A stretch of DNA of 38,969 bases from assembly GCA_964522235.1 (NCBI GenBank), contig CAZFUH010000001.1, positions 1-38,969 on the forward strand, given 5' to 3'. Under the pieces are notes generated by a model that was given only the letters and a program-made list of their open reading frames with translations, did not search any database and was not told the DNA's origin. The stretch's first letter is position 1. Each line of letters begins with the position of its first letter. Shown here one piece after another: positions 10,335-19,234 of the stretch. The DNA is from an uncultured Rhodanobacteraceae bacterium. Lineage in GTDB: Bacteria > Pseudomonadota > Gammaproteobacteria > Xanthomonadales > UBA2363. The translations under genes were made by a program, and so were the position numbers.

Positions 10335-11261
10335 TCAGCCGCGCGGGTGATGCCGGGCATGCAGCCGCTTCAGCCCTTCGCGCGCGACCAGGGTATAGAT
10401 CTGGGTCGTCGACAGGCTGGCGTGGCCGAGCAGCAGTTGCAAGGCACGTAGATCGGCGCCGTGGTTCAGCAAATGGGTGGCAAAGGCATGACGCAAGCCG
10501 TGCGGTGACAGTTCGGCACGAATGCCGGCGGCGCCGGCATAGGTCTTGATCAGTCGCCAGAACGCCTGCCGAGTCAGTGCCTGGCCACCAGACCCGAGAA
10601 ATAGCGTCTGGCAGCCACCTGCTCCAGCCAAGATCGGACGGGCCTGGTCATGATATCGCTGCAACCAATGCAGGGATTCCTCGCCGATCGGCACCAGGCG
10701 CTCCTTGCTGCCCTTGCCAGTCACTCGCAGCACGCCCTGGCGCAAGTTCACCGCCGCCAGATCGAGCCCGATCAGTTCCGATACCCGCAAACCGGTCGCG
10801 TACATCAGTTCCAGCATGGCCTTGTCACGCAGGCCAAGCGGATTATCGAGGTCGGGCACCGCCAGCAGCGCTTCGATCTCGCCCTCGCCGGGGGCCTTTG
10901 GCAGTCCCCGGCGCAGCTTCGGCGCCTCGACGCGCGCGCTCGGATCAGCCGCGATCAGGCCCTGACGCAATGCCCACTGGCAAAACCGGCGCAGCGTCGA
11001 CAACAGGCGGGCGTTGCTGCGCGCCTGATAGCCGGCGGCCAGACGCACAGCCAAGTAGTCGTACAGCTGTTCACGGCGGAAGCCGATCAGGTCGCTGCCG
11101 ACTCGGGACAGCCAGCGCGCGAACAGCTTCAAGTCCTGGCCGTAGCTGGACAGGGTATTGGCGCTGGCGCCGGTTTCCGACCAGAACTGGTCGAGAAAGG
11201 CATCGATCCGTTCCTGCTCGGCGTCCGGCAGCGGCGGCAGATCCAGACTCGTCTTGATCAC
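10335..11261 (-). CDS. xerD: Site-specific tyrosine recombinase XerD
   Basis: LELMYATGLRVSEL, GKGSKERLVP, SPHGLRHAFATHLLNHGADLR, LLGHASLSTTQIYT, C-terminal HHPRG. Confidence 0.96.
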   Translation of the reverse strand: MIKTSLDLPPLPDAEQERIDAFLDQFWSETGASANTLSSYGQDLKLFARWLSRVGSDLIGFRREQLYDYLAVRLAAGYQARSNARLLSTLRRFCQWALRQGLIAADPSARVEAPKLRRGLPKAPGEGEIEALLAVPDLDNPLGLRDKAMLELMYATGLRVSELIGLDLAAVNLRQGVLRVTGKGSKERLVPIGEESLHWLQRYHDQARPILAGAGGCQTLFLGSGGQALTRQAFWRLIKTYAGAAGIRAELSPHGLRHAFATHLLNHGADLRALQLLLGHASLSTTQIYTLVAREGLKRLHARHHPRG

Positions 11262-11364
11262 TGCACGGTCCGGCCGAGGATTGCCGGCGGTGGCGGCACG
11301 CGGAAATGCGAGGCGACTTGCATCCTGCTATGTTCGCCCGCCCGCGCCCGCTTTGCCATCACCG

Positions 11365-11808
11365 ATGTCCCTGCCCGCTGCTCCGCTCTGGCGCCGAATG
11401 CTCGCCCTGCTCTACGACTTGATGGCCTTGATCGGGATCTGGTTCCTGGTCGGCGTGGTCGCCGTGGCGATCAAGGGCGGTGAAATCGACATCCGCAACT
11501 GGCGCGAACTGACCTTGCTGTACGGCGCACTCTGGCTGGCCATGGGCACGTACTACACGCTGTCCTGGTGCCACGGCGGCCAGACTCTGGGCATGCGGCC
11601 ATGGCGGCTGCTGGCACAACGCGGCGACGGTGCGACCCTCGGTTACGGCCGTGCCTGGCTGCGCTATGCCTGTGCCTGGCTCAGCCTGCTGCCGGCCGGT
11701 GCCGGCATGCTGCTGTGCCTGATCGACCGCGACCAGCGCGCCCTGCACGACCGGCTGTCCGGCACCCGGCTTGCGTTGCTGCCCTCCGGACGAGCCGGAA
11801 ACGGGTGA
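11365..11808 (+). CDS. RDD family membrane protein
   Basis: APLWRRMLALLYD, GQTLGMRPW, ALHDRLSGT; divergent from xerD. Confidence 0.9.
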   Translation: MSLPAAPLWRRMLALLYDLMALIGIWFLVGVVAVAIKGGEIDIRNWRELTLLYGALWLAMGTYYTLSWCHGGQTLGMRPWRLLAQRGDGATLGYGRAWLRYACAWLSLLPAGAGMLLCLIDRDQRALHDRLSGTRLALLPSGRAGNG

Positions 11809-11815
11809 CATCGAG

Positions 11816-11846
11816 ATCGGAGGGCGGCAGACAGACCGCCCCGATC
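11816..11846. terminator. Imperfect GC-rich hairpin between the convergent RDD and flotillin genes
   Basis: GATCGG-A-GGGCGG ... CCGCC-CCGATC; no clear U-tract. Confidence 0.3.
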
Positions 11847-11910
11847 CGCGATCAACCGCCCGAGTTCCACAACCCGCATTGGCAATGAACAATGGCGGTT
11901 GGTGTGCTAC

Positions 11911-13644
11911 CTATTCGGGCCGCTTTGGCGACGGCTTCGGCGCGTCCGACGGCGGCCGGGTCGGTTGTGGCTGCGACGGCGACTCCGGCGGCGCTGGTGG
12001 CGGCTCGGGCTGGGCGACCAGGTTGCCAAGATCGGCAAGATCGCCCAGACCGACCTCCTTGAGCAGGGCGTCGACCAGCGGCCGCTGAGCGCGGTAGCGC
12101 AATGCGTGATCGACGACGGAACTGGCCAGGCTGCCGCCGCCATTGCCGCCGCCACCGCCGTCGCCACCACCGCCACTGCCGCCGCCGATCGCGCTCATGC
12201 CGCGGACATCGACGATCTTGATGCCGTCGATGCGCTCCATCGGCTTCACCGACTGCTCGATGATCTGCGGCAGACGGCGCAGCAGTTCAAGCTTGGTTTC
12301 CAGAGCGATCTGTTCGTTGTTGAGGGCGTTGCGTGCTTCATTGATTGCCCGCTGACCTTCGGCCTCGACCCGATAGCGCTCTTCATCGGCCTGGGCGCGG
12401 ATGCGCACGGCGTCAGCCTCACCGGTTGCGGCGACGCGAATCGCCTCGGCGCGATCATCGGCGGACTTTTTCTCGGCCTCGGCAGCAACGGTGATGGCGA
12501 TCGCATCCTGCTCGGCCTGCTCGCGCGCCTGGACCAGGCGTACGGCTTTCGAACGCTCGGCGATCGCCGTCTCGCGCACCTTCTTGACTTCTTCCTCGGC
12601 GCTGACGGCCTTGGCCAGCGCGATGTCGGCTTCGGCCTTGGCGGCGGATTCTTCCTGCGATTTCTGCGACACCGCGATCTCGCGCTCCTGATCGGCGATG
12701 CGCACGGCGCGCTCGCGTTCGATCTCGCGCTGCTCGATCAGCCGGCGTTTCTCGATCTCCGACTCCGCGATCGCGCGATCCGAAGAAATCTTGGCTTGTT
12801 CGGCCTCCCGGTGCCGCTCAGCCTCCTGCTGGGCGATCAGCGCCGCGGCTTCGGCCGAACGCACCTTCACCTCCTGGTCCTGCAGCAGGCGCGCATACTC
12901 CTGGTCGCGGGCAATTTCCAGCGACTGCCGCTCGGTCTCCAGGTTCTTCATCTCGATCTGGATCTTGGTGTCACGCTCGATGTCGTTGCGCTGCTTGCGC
13001 CGCAGTTCGATTTCCTGGGTCAGCTTGGTTAAGCCCTGGGCGTCGAAGGCATTGGACGGATTGAAGAAGTCGGCAGCGGTCTGGTCGAGACCGGTCAGCG
13101 ACACCGACTCCAGCTCCAGGCCATTTTTGTGCAGGTCTTCGGCGACGGCAATCTGCACCTTCTGGGCGAAATCGACCCGGTTCTCGTGCAAGCCTTCCAT
13201 GGTCATGCCGGCGGCGACCGCGCGCAGCGCATCGACGAACTTGCCTTCGACCAGTTCCTTCAGCGCCGAAGGCTCCATGGTCCGCCGGCCCAAGGTCTGG
13301 GCTGCGGTCGAGATCGCCGCAGCATCGGGCTTGACCCGTACATAGAACTCGGCCTGGACGTCGACGCGCATGCGGTCGTGCGTGATCAACGCCGCCTCAC
13401 GCGCACGCAGCACCTCCAACTTGAGGGTATTCATATTGACCGGGATGGTCTCGTGCAGCACCGGCAGCACCAGGGCGCCGCCGTCGCGCACGACCTTCTC
13501 GCCGCCCAGGCCGGTGCGGACGAAGGCGATCTCCTTGCTCGCACGATGATAAAGGCGGGCAAAAATCAGGCCGAGCGCGAACAGCGCGATCAGAATGATC
13601 ACGGCCGGCACGATCACCGACATGTAGGGCACGTTGAAGTCCAT
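11911..13644 (-). CDS. Flotillin family SPFH/band-7 protein (YqiK-like)
   Basis: N-terminal TM, AFVRTGLGGEKVV, SPFH core (GLELESVSLT), long EA-rich coiled coil, VKPMERIDGIKIV motif, Gly- and Pro-rich tail. Confidence 0.92.
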   Translation of the reverse strand: MDFNVPYMSVIVPAVIILIALFALGLIFARLYHRASKEIAFVRTGLGGEKVVRDGGALVLPVLHETIPVNMNTLKLEVLRAREAALITHDRMRVDVQAEFYVRVKPDAAAISTAAQTLGRRTMEPSALKELVEGKFVDALRAVAAGMTMEGLHENRVDFAQKVQIAVAEDLHKNGLELESVSLTGLDQTAADFFNPSNAFDAQGLTKLTQEIELRRKQRNDIERDTKIQIEMKNLETERQSLEIARDQEYARLLQDQEVKVRSAEAAALIAQQEAERHREAEQAKISSDRAIAESEIEKRRLIEQREIERERAVRIADQEREIAVSQKSQEESAAKAEADIALAKAVSAEEEVKKVRETAIAERSKAVRLVQAREQAEQDAIAITVAAEAEKKSADDRAEAIRVAATGEADAVRIRAQADEERYRVEAEGQRAINEARNALNNEQIALETKLELLRRLPQIIEQSVKPMERIDGIKIVDVRGMSAIGGGSGGGGDGGGGGNGGGSLASSVVDHALRYRAQRPLVDALLKEVGLGDLADLGNLVAQPEPPPAPPESPSQPQPTRPPSDAPKPSPKRPE

Positions 13645-13731
13645 GCATTCTCTCCCTTGGTTCGGATGCTTCGAATAGGAAACAGGTGAAACGAAAAAAG
13701 CGGATGAAACAGGCCGCGCCGCCAGGCGCGC

Positions 13732-14430
13732 TCACCTGGACTCGTCGATCAAGGCCTGGTTCGGATTGGCAATGGCACTGAAGCGTCCGGCACCGGTCTG
13801 TCGCACCAGCAGCACGACACTGCCGGCGACGAAACGATCGGCCTCGTCTTCCGGTTCCACCAGGACATAGTGGTCGGTGCCGAAGCTGTCGGTAACCCGG
13901 GCCTGCGCAGGCAGGTCAGCACGAGCGTCGCCACCGGTGATCAAGGCCGTGCGTCCGACCAGACTCTCGATCCGGATCGCACTGCTCTCGTCCTGCGGCA
14001 GGATTCGCGCCAGACCGCCGGTGCACGCACGCACGAACGGCAGGCACAGCAGCAGTGCGGCTGGCGCCGCGAGCACGCCAGGCAGGGCGAACCCCAGGGT
14101 TTGCCGCAGCAAGCCCTGAGCGACCAGACCGACCAGACCAAACAGGGTGAGAAACACGATCAGCACCATCAGCACCGGCACCTTGCCGATGTACAGCCAG
14201 GCCAGAAAGCGCCCGACCACACCCGGACCATCGACGCTGCCGGTCGCCTCCATCCCGGTCGGCGCCTCGCCCAGCGTTTCGATGCCGGAATGGGAAACGA
14301 CGAACTCGTCGACCAGATCGTTGAGGCTGAAGCCGGTCAACATCGCGATCAGCTCAACCGCGGCCAGTCCGAGCATGACCAGCAGGGCGATTACGAACGG
14401 TGCATTGCCAGCAGCGGTCATCCAGGTCAT
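13732..14430 (-). CDS. YqiJ-like membrane protein with C-terminal NfeD-like OB fold
   Basis: NAPFVIAL, WLYIGKVPVLMVL, LVGRTALITGGDA...PAQARVTDSFGTDHYVLVEP; directly upstream of the flotillin as in yqiJ-yqiK. Confidence 0.85.
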   Translation of the reverse strand: MTWMTAAGNAPFVIALLVMLGLAAVELIAMLTGFSLNDLVDEFVVSHSGIETLGEAPTGMEATGSVDGPGVVGRFLAWLYIGKVPVLMVLIVFLTLFGLVGLVAQGLLRQTLGFALPGVLAAPAALLLCLPFVRACTGGLARILPQDESSAIRIESLVGRTALITGGDARADLPAQARVTDSFGTDHYVLVEPEDEADRFVAGSVVLLVRQTGAGRFSAIANPNQALIDESR

Positions 14431-14476
14431 GGTCCTCTCCTCCGTTCCAGCGCGTGACAGCTGGGCATCCCCGGCG

Positions 14477-14656
14477 TCATCGCGCCGCCCGGTTCAGTCC
14501 GGCACCGATCGCCAGACCGATGCCGATCCCGATCGCCACGCCCAGCGCGATCTGATCCAGGGCGACTCCGATCGACAACCCGATCGCAACGCCGACGGCC
14601 AGTCCGCTGCCGATGCGGGTGATCTTGTCCTCTCGATGGTAACGGTCTCTGCGCAT
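14477..14656 (-). CDS. 59-aa glycine-zipper membrane microprotein
   Basis: GAGGAG 7 nt before ATG 14656; MRRDRYHREDKITRIGSGLAVGVAIGLSIGVALDQIALGVAIGIGIGLAIGAGLNRAAR, two hydrophobic helices with GxxxG repeats. Confidence 0.7.
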   Translation of the reverse strand: MRRDRYHREDKITRIGSGLAVGVAIGLSIGVALDQIALGVAIGIGIGLAIGAGLNRAAR

Positions 14657-14708
14657 CGACATGCTCCTCGACTGAGCCGCCGCGCCGGATGGCTGCGCGC
14701 GGCGATGT

Positions 14709-15389
14709 TTATCGTTTGCCGGCCTTGAGCTGGGCCAGACGTTCGGCAACCCGATTCTTGAGCGCCAGTTCCTCCAGCTCGGCCAGCTTGGCCGCCTGGT
14801 CGGCACCGGCACCGCTGGTTCCCTTGAGACCGGTCTGGCGCTGGAAGATGCGATCGAACGCGTCGGCTGCGCGATCGGCACGACCCTGCACGTGCTCGCC
14901 GGCCTGGCTGCTGCCGGTAGCGGTGCCGCTGGCCGACGCCTGCTGTTCGCGGACACGGCGATAGTCGGCCAGGGCTTCGCGCATCTCGCGCTTTTTTGCC
15001 TGCAGCGCCGAGATATAGCCTTCCAGACGCGCCTTGTCCTCGGCCAGTTCCGCCAGGCGCGACTCCAGCACCGGGAGCTGCGCCTCCAGGTCGATCTGAC
15101 GCTCGACTGCGGCGCGGGCCAAATCCTCTCGATCCTGGTCCAGGGCGAGCCGCGCCTGCTCGCCGAGCTGCTCCTGGCGAGCGCTGTCTTCGGCCAGACG
15201 TTTGGCGGTCAGATGACGCTGCGCCTCGACGGTGCCGAGATCGGCACGGACATCGGCAACCGCACTGTCGATCTCACGGATGGCCTGTTCCATCACCGAT
15301 TCCGGCGCAGCGTTCTCGACGGCATCGACGATGGCGTGGAAGCTGCCGGCAATCAGGCGGCCGACGCGGCTGGTCAACGATTCGCTCAT
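14709..15389 (-). CDS. PspA/IM30 family protein (bacterial ESCRT-III-like)
   Basis: N-terminal amphipathic helix (SLTSRVGRLIAG), ENAAPESVMEQAIREI, EDLARAAVERQ, all-helical, ends ERLAQLK; GAGGA RBS before ATG 15389. Confidence 0.88.
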   Translation of the reverse strand: MSESLTSRVGRLIAGSFHAIVDAVENAAPESVMEQAIREIDSAVADVRADLGTVEAQRHLTAKRLAEDSARQEQLGEQARLALDQDREDLARAAVERQIDLEAQLPVLESRLAELAEDKARLEGYISALQAKKREMREALADYRRVREQQASASGTATGSSQAGEHVQGRADRAADAFDRIFQRQTGLKGTSGAGADQAAKLAELEELALKNRVAERLAQLKAGKR

Positions 15390-15409
15390 GACTACGGTCC
15401 TCATGTACT

Positions 15410-15922
15410 TCAGTGGGAAGGGTCGCCGCGGTCGGCGCTGATCGCCGCAGTCATCGCGACCGCGGGGGCAGCCCGCTGCGCCAAGTCACCGGGGGCATAA
15501 CACCCCGGAAACCCGGCCTGCGCAAGCTGCAATACGGAATCCGTCAACCCCAGCACGCGCTCGCCCAGGCCGCGCTCGAACCGGCGCAGGCCGGCGGCTT
15601 CGTCGTCGCCGTGCCGCTCGGCACTGGCGGCAAGGACAAAGGCGGCAGTCTCGGGCAGCCAGGCCAGCACCCGTGCAATCAGCTCCGAGCGCAGCTGGCT
15701 GCGCAGCTCGGCCTGACGCAGGCTGCGCTCTGGCGTGCCGAACAGGCGCCGCGCGAAATCATAGGCGGCGCCGTAGTCGGCCAGGCCTTCTCGTTGCAGG
15801 CGTGCCTCGGCAAGCACGGCGCGGATCTTTTCACTGAGATTGCTGGCGCCGGGCAGTTCGATCTGCGCCAGGTAGGTAAGGTCGTCCTCGTCCAGACGCA
15901 GGGTGACGGTTTGCTTGGCCAT
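15410..15922 (-). CDS. Putative regulator with N-terminal ribbon-helix-helix (CopG-like) domain
   Basis: KQTVTLRLDEDDLTYLAQ...SNLSEKIRAVLAEA fits the beta-strand/helix/helix RHH pattern; GGAG RBS before ATG 15922; C-terminal region not recognised. Confidence 0.65.
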   Translation of the reverse strand: MAKQTVTLRLDEDDLTYLAQIELPGASNLSEKIRAVLAEARLQREGLADYGAAYDFARRLFGTPERSLRQAELRSQLRSELIARVLAWLPETAAFVLAASAERHGDDEAAGLRRFERGLGERVLGLTDSVLQLAQAGFPGCYAPGDLAQRAAPAVAMTAAISADRGDPSH

Positions 15923-15948
15923 GGCAGGCTCCATTGCGGACGCATGCC

Positions 15949-15989
15949 ATACTATCGCAAACGTATTACGATTGCAATACGTTTGCGAT
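15949..15989 (-). promoter_or_regulatory. Sigma70-type promoter overlapped by a perfect 14-bp inverted repeat (candidate operator)
   Basis: Minus strand TTGCAA (15977-15972), 17-bp spacer, TAGTAT (15954-15949). Repeat arms ATCGCAAACGTATT (15954-15967) and AATACGTTTGCGAT (15976-15989). Confidence 0.75.
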
Positions 15990-16083
15990 CAACCCGCAGG
16001 CGAGCGATCACGATCACTCTGGTTGCGATACGTCTGCAGCGTCAATGGTTGCCGGAACTCGATCGCTGCTCCGGCATCGCCGG

Positions 16084-16725
16084 TCACGGCTGGTGTTCGA
16101 TCAGCCAATCAACGACTGTCAGCGGCGAAATGCCGCCGGGCTGGACGTTTCCGACCCGGTAGCGGCCGGACACGATCAGGGTCGGTGTCGATTCGATCGC
16201 GGCTCGCTGCACATACTCGCGGCTGCGTTCCAGGGCGGCGGTGACCGCCGGTGACTGGGCCGTATCCAGGAAGCGCTGGCGATCGACGCCGGCCCCGGCG
16301 ACGACATCGGCGAGGTCGGACAGGGTATTGACCGGCCGTCCGGCCTGAGCCAGGCCGCCATAGATCGCCCGGTGCACGCGACTCAGCGCTCCCATCTCCT
16401 GTGCAGCATGGAACGCCCGCGCGAACGGCTCCCAGCTGGCATTGAACACCGCCGGCACGTAGCGCAAGACGATGGCATCGCCACGGTCGCGCTTCCAGGC
16501 GTCGATCTGCGGCTGCAACTGGCCGCAGGCCGGACAGGCATACGAAAACACCTCGACCACTTCGTTCGCTTCGGCATCCAACGGCCGCGCGAGCCGCTCG
16601 TAGTGGACACCGTCCTGGTAGCGCGCGCCACCGGGCGAGCTGGCCGTTGCGGCATCGCGGTCGGCACCGCCACAGGCTGCGAACAGCGGCAGGAAAAGCA
16701 GCAGGGAGAACAAGCGGACAGTCAT
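16084..16725 (-). CDS. DsbA-like thiol:disulfide oxidoreductase, probable lipoprotein
   Basis: EVFSYACPAC active site, ESTP cis-Pro loop, signal peptide ending LFAAC. Confidence 0.85.
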   Translation of the reverse strand: MTVRLFSLLLFLPLFAACGGADRDAATASSPGGARYQDGVHYERLARPLDAEANEVVEVFSYACPACGQLQPQIDAWKRDRGDAIVLRYVPAVFNASWEPFARAFHAAQEMGALSRVHRAIYGGLAQAGRPVNTLSDLADVVAGAGVDRQRFLDTAQSPAVTAALERSREYVQRAAIESTPTLIVSGRYRVGNVQPGGISPLTVVDWLIEHQP

Positions 16726-17555
16726 GACGATTCCTCATTGGTTTCAGACAGGGAGCACCACGCGCAGCTCTCGGGCAGACGCGCGGTCAAGGCAAGGGGT
16801 AGATGATCGGACAGTCCGAAGCGGGCGGTATCACAGCGCAGCGATTGCAGGCTTTCCGAGAGCAGGATGTGATCGATGCCACGCACCGGCGCCCAGCTCG
16901 GAAACGTCGCCGGCGATGCCGCCGGCGGCAGCAGCGGCGTATCGGCGTACAGGCGCAGCATCTCCGGCGCCGTCGCCGGGCAGTTGAAGTCGCCCATGAC
17001 CACGACATGGCGATGATCTTCAATGATCGAGCGCACGAAGTCGATCTGGCGCCCGCGCGCGCGCGGACCCAGCGACAAGTGCACGACGACCACGAGCAGG
17101 GAGTTTGCCCCGGTGCCAAAGCGCGCCCAAAGCGCACCGCGACCGGGCAAGGTACCGGGCAAGGCGTAGTCGCGTACCTCGCTCGGCTCACGGCGCATCA
17201 GCAAGGCATTGCAGGTGTGGGTGATGCCGCCGATCCGGCGATTGGTCTGGACACTGAACCAGCCAAAACCCGCTTCTTCGGCGAGGTATTCGATCTGATT
17301 GGTGAAACCCGAACGCAGGCTGCCGGCATCGGCCTCCTGCAGGGCGACGATGTCGTAGTCGTTGAGCAGGCCGGCCAGACGTTCCAGATTGCGCCGGCGC
17401 GCTCCATGCGCCAGCAGATGCCGCCAGGGCCGGGTCACATAATGGTGATAGCGCTCGAAATGGGCGCCGGCCTGAATGTTGAAGCTGAGCAGGCGCAGCT
17501 CGACTTCGGCGGACCCGCTCGGGCCGCCGGAAGCGGCATGTCGGCGCGTGCTCAC
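16722..17555 (-). CDS. Endonuclease/exonuclease/phosphatase (EEP) family protein
   Basis: LLSFNIQ, DIVALQE, VHLSL, MGDFN, IDHIL, SDHLP. Confidence 0.9.
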   Translation of the reverse strand: MSTRRHAASGGPSGSAEVELRLLSFNIQAGAHFERYHHYVTRPWRHLLAHGARRRNLERLAGLLNDYDIVALQEADAGSLRSGFTNQIEYLAEEAGFGWFSVQTNRRIGGITHTCNALLMRREPSEVRDYALPGTLPGRGALWARFGTGANSLLVVVVHLSLGPRARGRQIDFVRSIIEDHRHVVVMGDFNCPATAPEMLRLYADTPLLPPAASPATFPSWAPVRGIDHILLSESLQSLRCDTARFGLSDHLPLALTARLPESCAWCSLSETNEESS

Positions 17556-17577
17556 GCGGGCCCGCGACCGGCGCCGA

Positions 17578-18201
17578 TCAATTCGGCTTCTCAGCCTCCT
17601 GGCCGACCAGGAAGTCGACCACTTGCAGAGTCATCTGGCCACCGGCCGCAGGTACGCGGTACTTGCCGGCAACCACCATGCTCGGCGTGCCGTCGATCTG
17701 GTAGGACTGGACCTCGGCATGGCCCTCGACGAGCTTGCGCGTGGTTTCCTCGGACATCGCCGTGGTCAGGAATACCTCCCGCTCGACACCGAGGTCGGCG
17801 GCGAAGCCGGCAATGTCTTCAATCGTGCGCAACGGCTTGCGATCACGGTGCAAGGCATCGAACAGGGGTTGGTGCAGACGCTCCAGTTCACCCATCGACT
17901 GCGCCGCATAGTAGGCGCGCGCATAGGGTTCCCAGGCCTGGCTGAATACCGCCGGCAGCGCCCGGAACCGCGTACCCTCGGGCAGCTGCTTCTTCCATGC
18001 GGTCACGTAGGGCTCAAAGTTTGCGCAATGCACGCACGCATACGAGAACACCTCGATGACCTCGACCTGGCCGGGGTCGGCCTGCGTCGGCTGCGGCGGA
18101 TCGATGCGATGGTAGTGCCGACCTTCCATGTACAGCGCCTGGGCGCTGGCCAGGACGGGAGTCAACAGCGCAAGAATGAGCGCGGCGATACGGACAGGCA
18201 T
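17578..18201 (-). CDS. dsbA: Thiol:disulfide oxidase DsbA
   Basis: Signal peptide, EVFSYACVHC, DGTP; directly downstream of cytochrome c4. Confidence 0.88.
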   Translation of the reverse strand: MPVRIAALILALLTPVLASAQALYMEGRHYHRIDPPQPTQADPGQVEVIEVFSYACVHCANFEPYVTAWKKQLPEGTRFRALPAVFSQAWEPYARAYYAAQSMGELERLHQPLFDALHRDRKPLRTIEDIAGFAADLGVEREVFLTTAMSEETTRKLVEGHAEVQSYQIDGTPSMVVAGKYRVPAAGGQMTLQVVDFLVGQEAEKPN

Positions 18202-18250
18202 GATCTGCTCCTGAAACGGGACGAATTGGATAGGACCGGAATCTAGGCGA

Positions 18251-19075
18251 TCAGGTTCCCGACTCGCTCGGTTCGCCGACAGCCCTCGTTTCCTCGGGAT
18301 CGGACTCGACCGCTCCACCAGCGTCATCCGGCTGCGGATCGATTCCATGGTCGGGCGCTGGTGGCGCCGGTGCTGCGGCGCCGCCGCCGGCAGCCATTGC
18401 CCGCGCCTGGGCCTGTGGATCGGCCCGATGCAGACCTTCGATATAGGTCGCCAGCGCATCGATCTCGGTACTGTCGAGCTTGCCGGCAATGGTCACCATG
18501 ATCGTGCTGGGGTCGTTGTCGCCGCCGTAATGTTCGCCGCGATGGAAGTAGCGCAGGCGTTCGGCCGTGTAGACCGCATGCTGCCCGGCCAGCGCCGGAT
18601 AGCCGGCGCCGGGGACGCCGCGCCCAGTCGGACCATGACAGGCCGCACAGGCCGGGACACCGGCCGCAGGCTTCCCGGCCCGGTACAGCTGGGCGCCAAG
18701 GCCGGCATAGGTCTGGTCTTCGCGGCCGACGATGGCACTGTCGTCGGCGACCCCGGCCATGATCACATTCCGGGCGTAAAACGCCGAGATGTCGGCAATG
18801 TCCTGATCGCTCAGACCCTGCACGAACGGCAGCATGGTCAGATTCTCGCGACCGCCGTCGCGAACCAGAACGGTATGCCGGAAGTTGTAGTCGGCATGCT
18901 GTCCGGCAAGCTTCGGCCACTCCGCGGCCGGCGAATTGCCGTCCATGCCGTGACAGGCGACGCAGGTCGCGGACTTGGCGGCACCGGCGTCAGGGTCGCC
19001 AACCGGAGCTGGCTCCAATGCTTGTGCGGCGAAGGCGGACAGACCCGCCAAGGCGACTAGCAGCCGCTTGCTCAT
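18251..19075 (-). CDS. Di-heme cytochrome c4
   Basis: Signal peptide from MSKRLL, two CxxCH motifs (CVACH, CAACH), P.LAGQH repeats; divergent from engB. Confidence 0.92.
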   Translation of the reverse strand: MSKRLLVALAGLSAFAAQALEPAPVGDPDAGAAKSATCVACHGMDGNSPAAEWPKLAGQHADYNFRHTVLVRDGGRENLTMLPFVQGLSDQDIADISAFYARNVIMAGVADDSAIVGREDQTYAGLGAQLYRAGKPAAGVPACAACHGPTGRGVPGAGYPALAGQHAVYTAERLRYFHRGEHYGGDNDPSTIMVTIAGKLDSTEIDALATYIEGLHRADPQAQARAMAAGGGAAAPAPPAPDHGIDPQPDDAGGAVESDPEETRAVGEPSESGT

Positions 19076-19234
19076 CAGCTTCACTCCAAAAACCTGGGAT
19101 TTGAACAGGCTGCGGATTTTAGCCGGAATTGCCGCCGCCGTCCGCGACCGGTCAGGATCGCCCAGGGGCAAGCGCAAGGACGGGTGATCGAAGGTTCGCG
19201 CTGCCGCAGCCACCGGCCCAGGTATCATGCGGCA

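Noticed and set aside
10335-11261. Tyrosine recombinase as a prophage or island integrase
   Set aside because: Motifs and the xerD-dsbC context identify housekeeping XerD.
12130-12190. GCC/ACC triplet repeats
   Set aside because: Encode the Gly-rich linker of the flotillin; not an independent repeat element.
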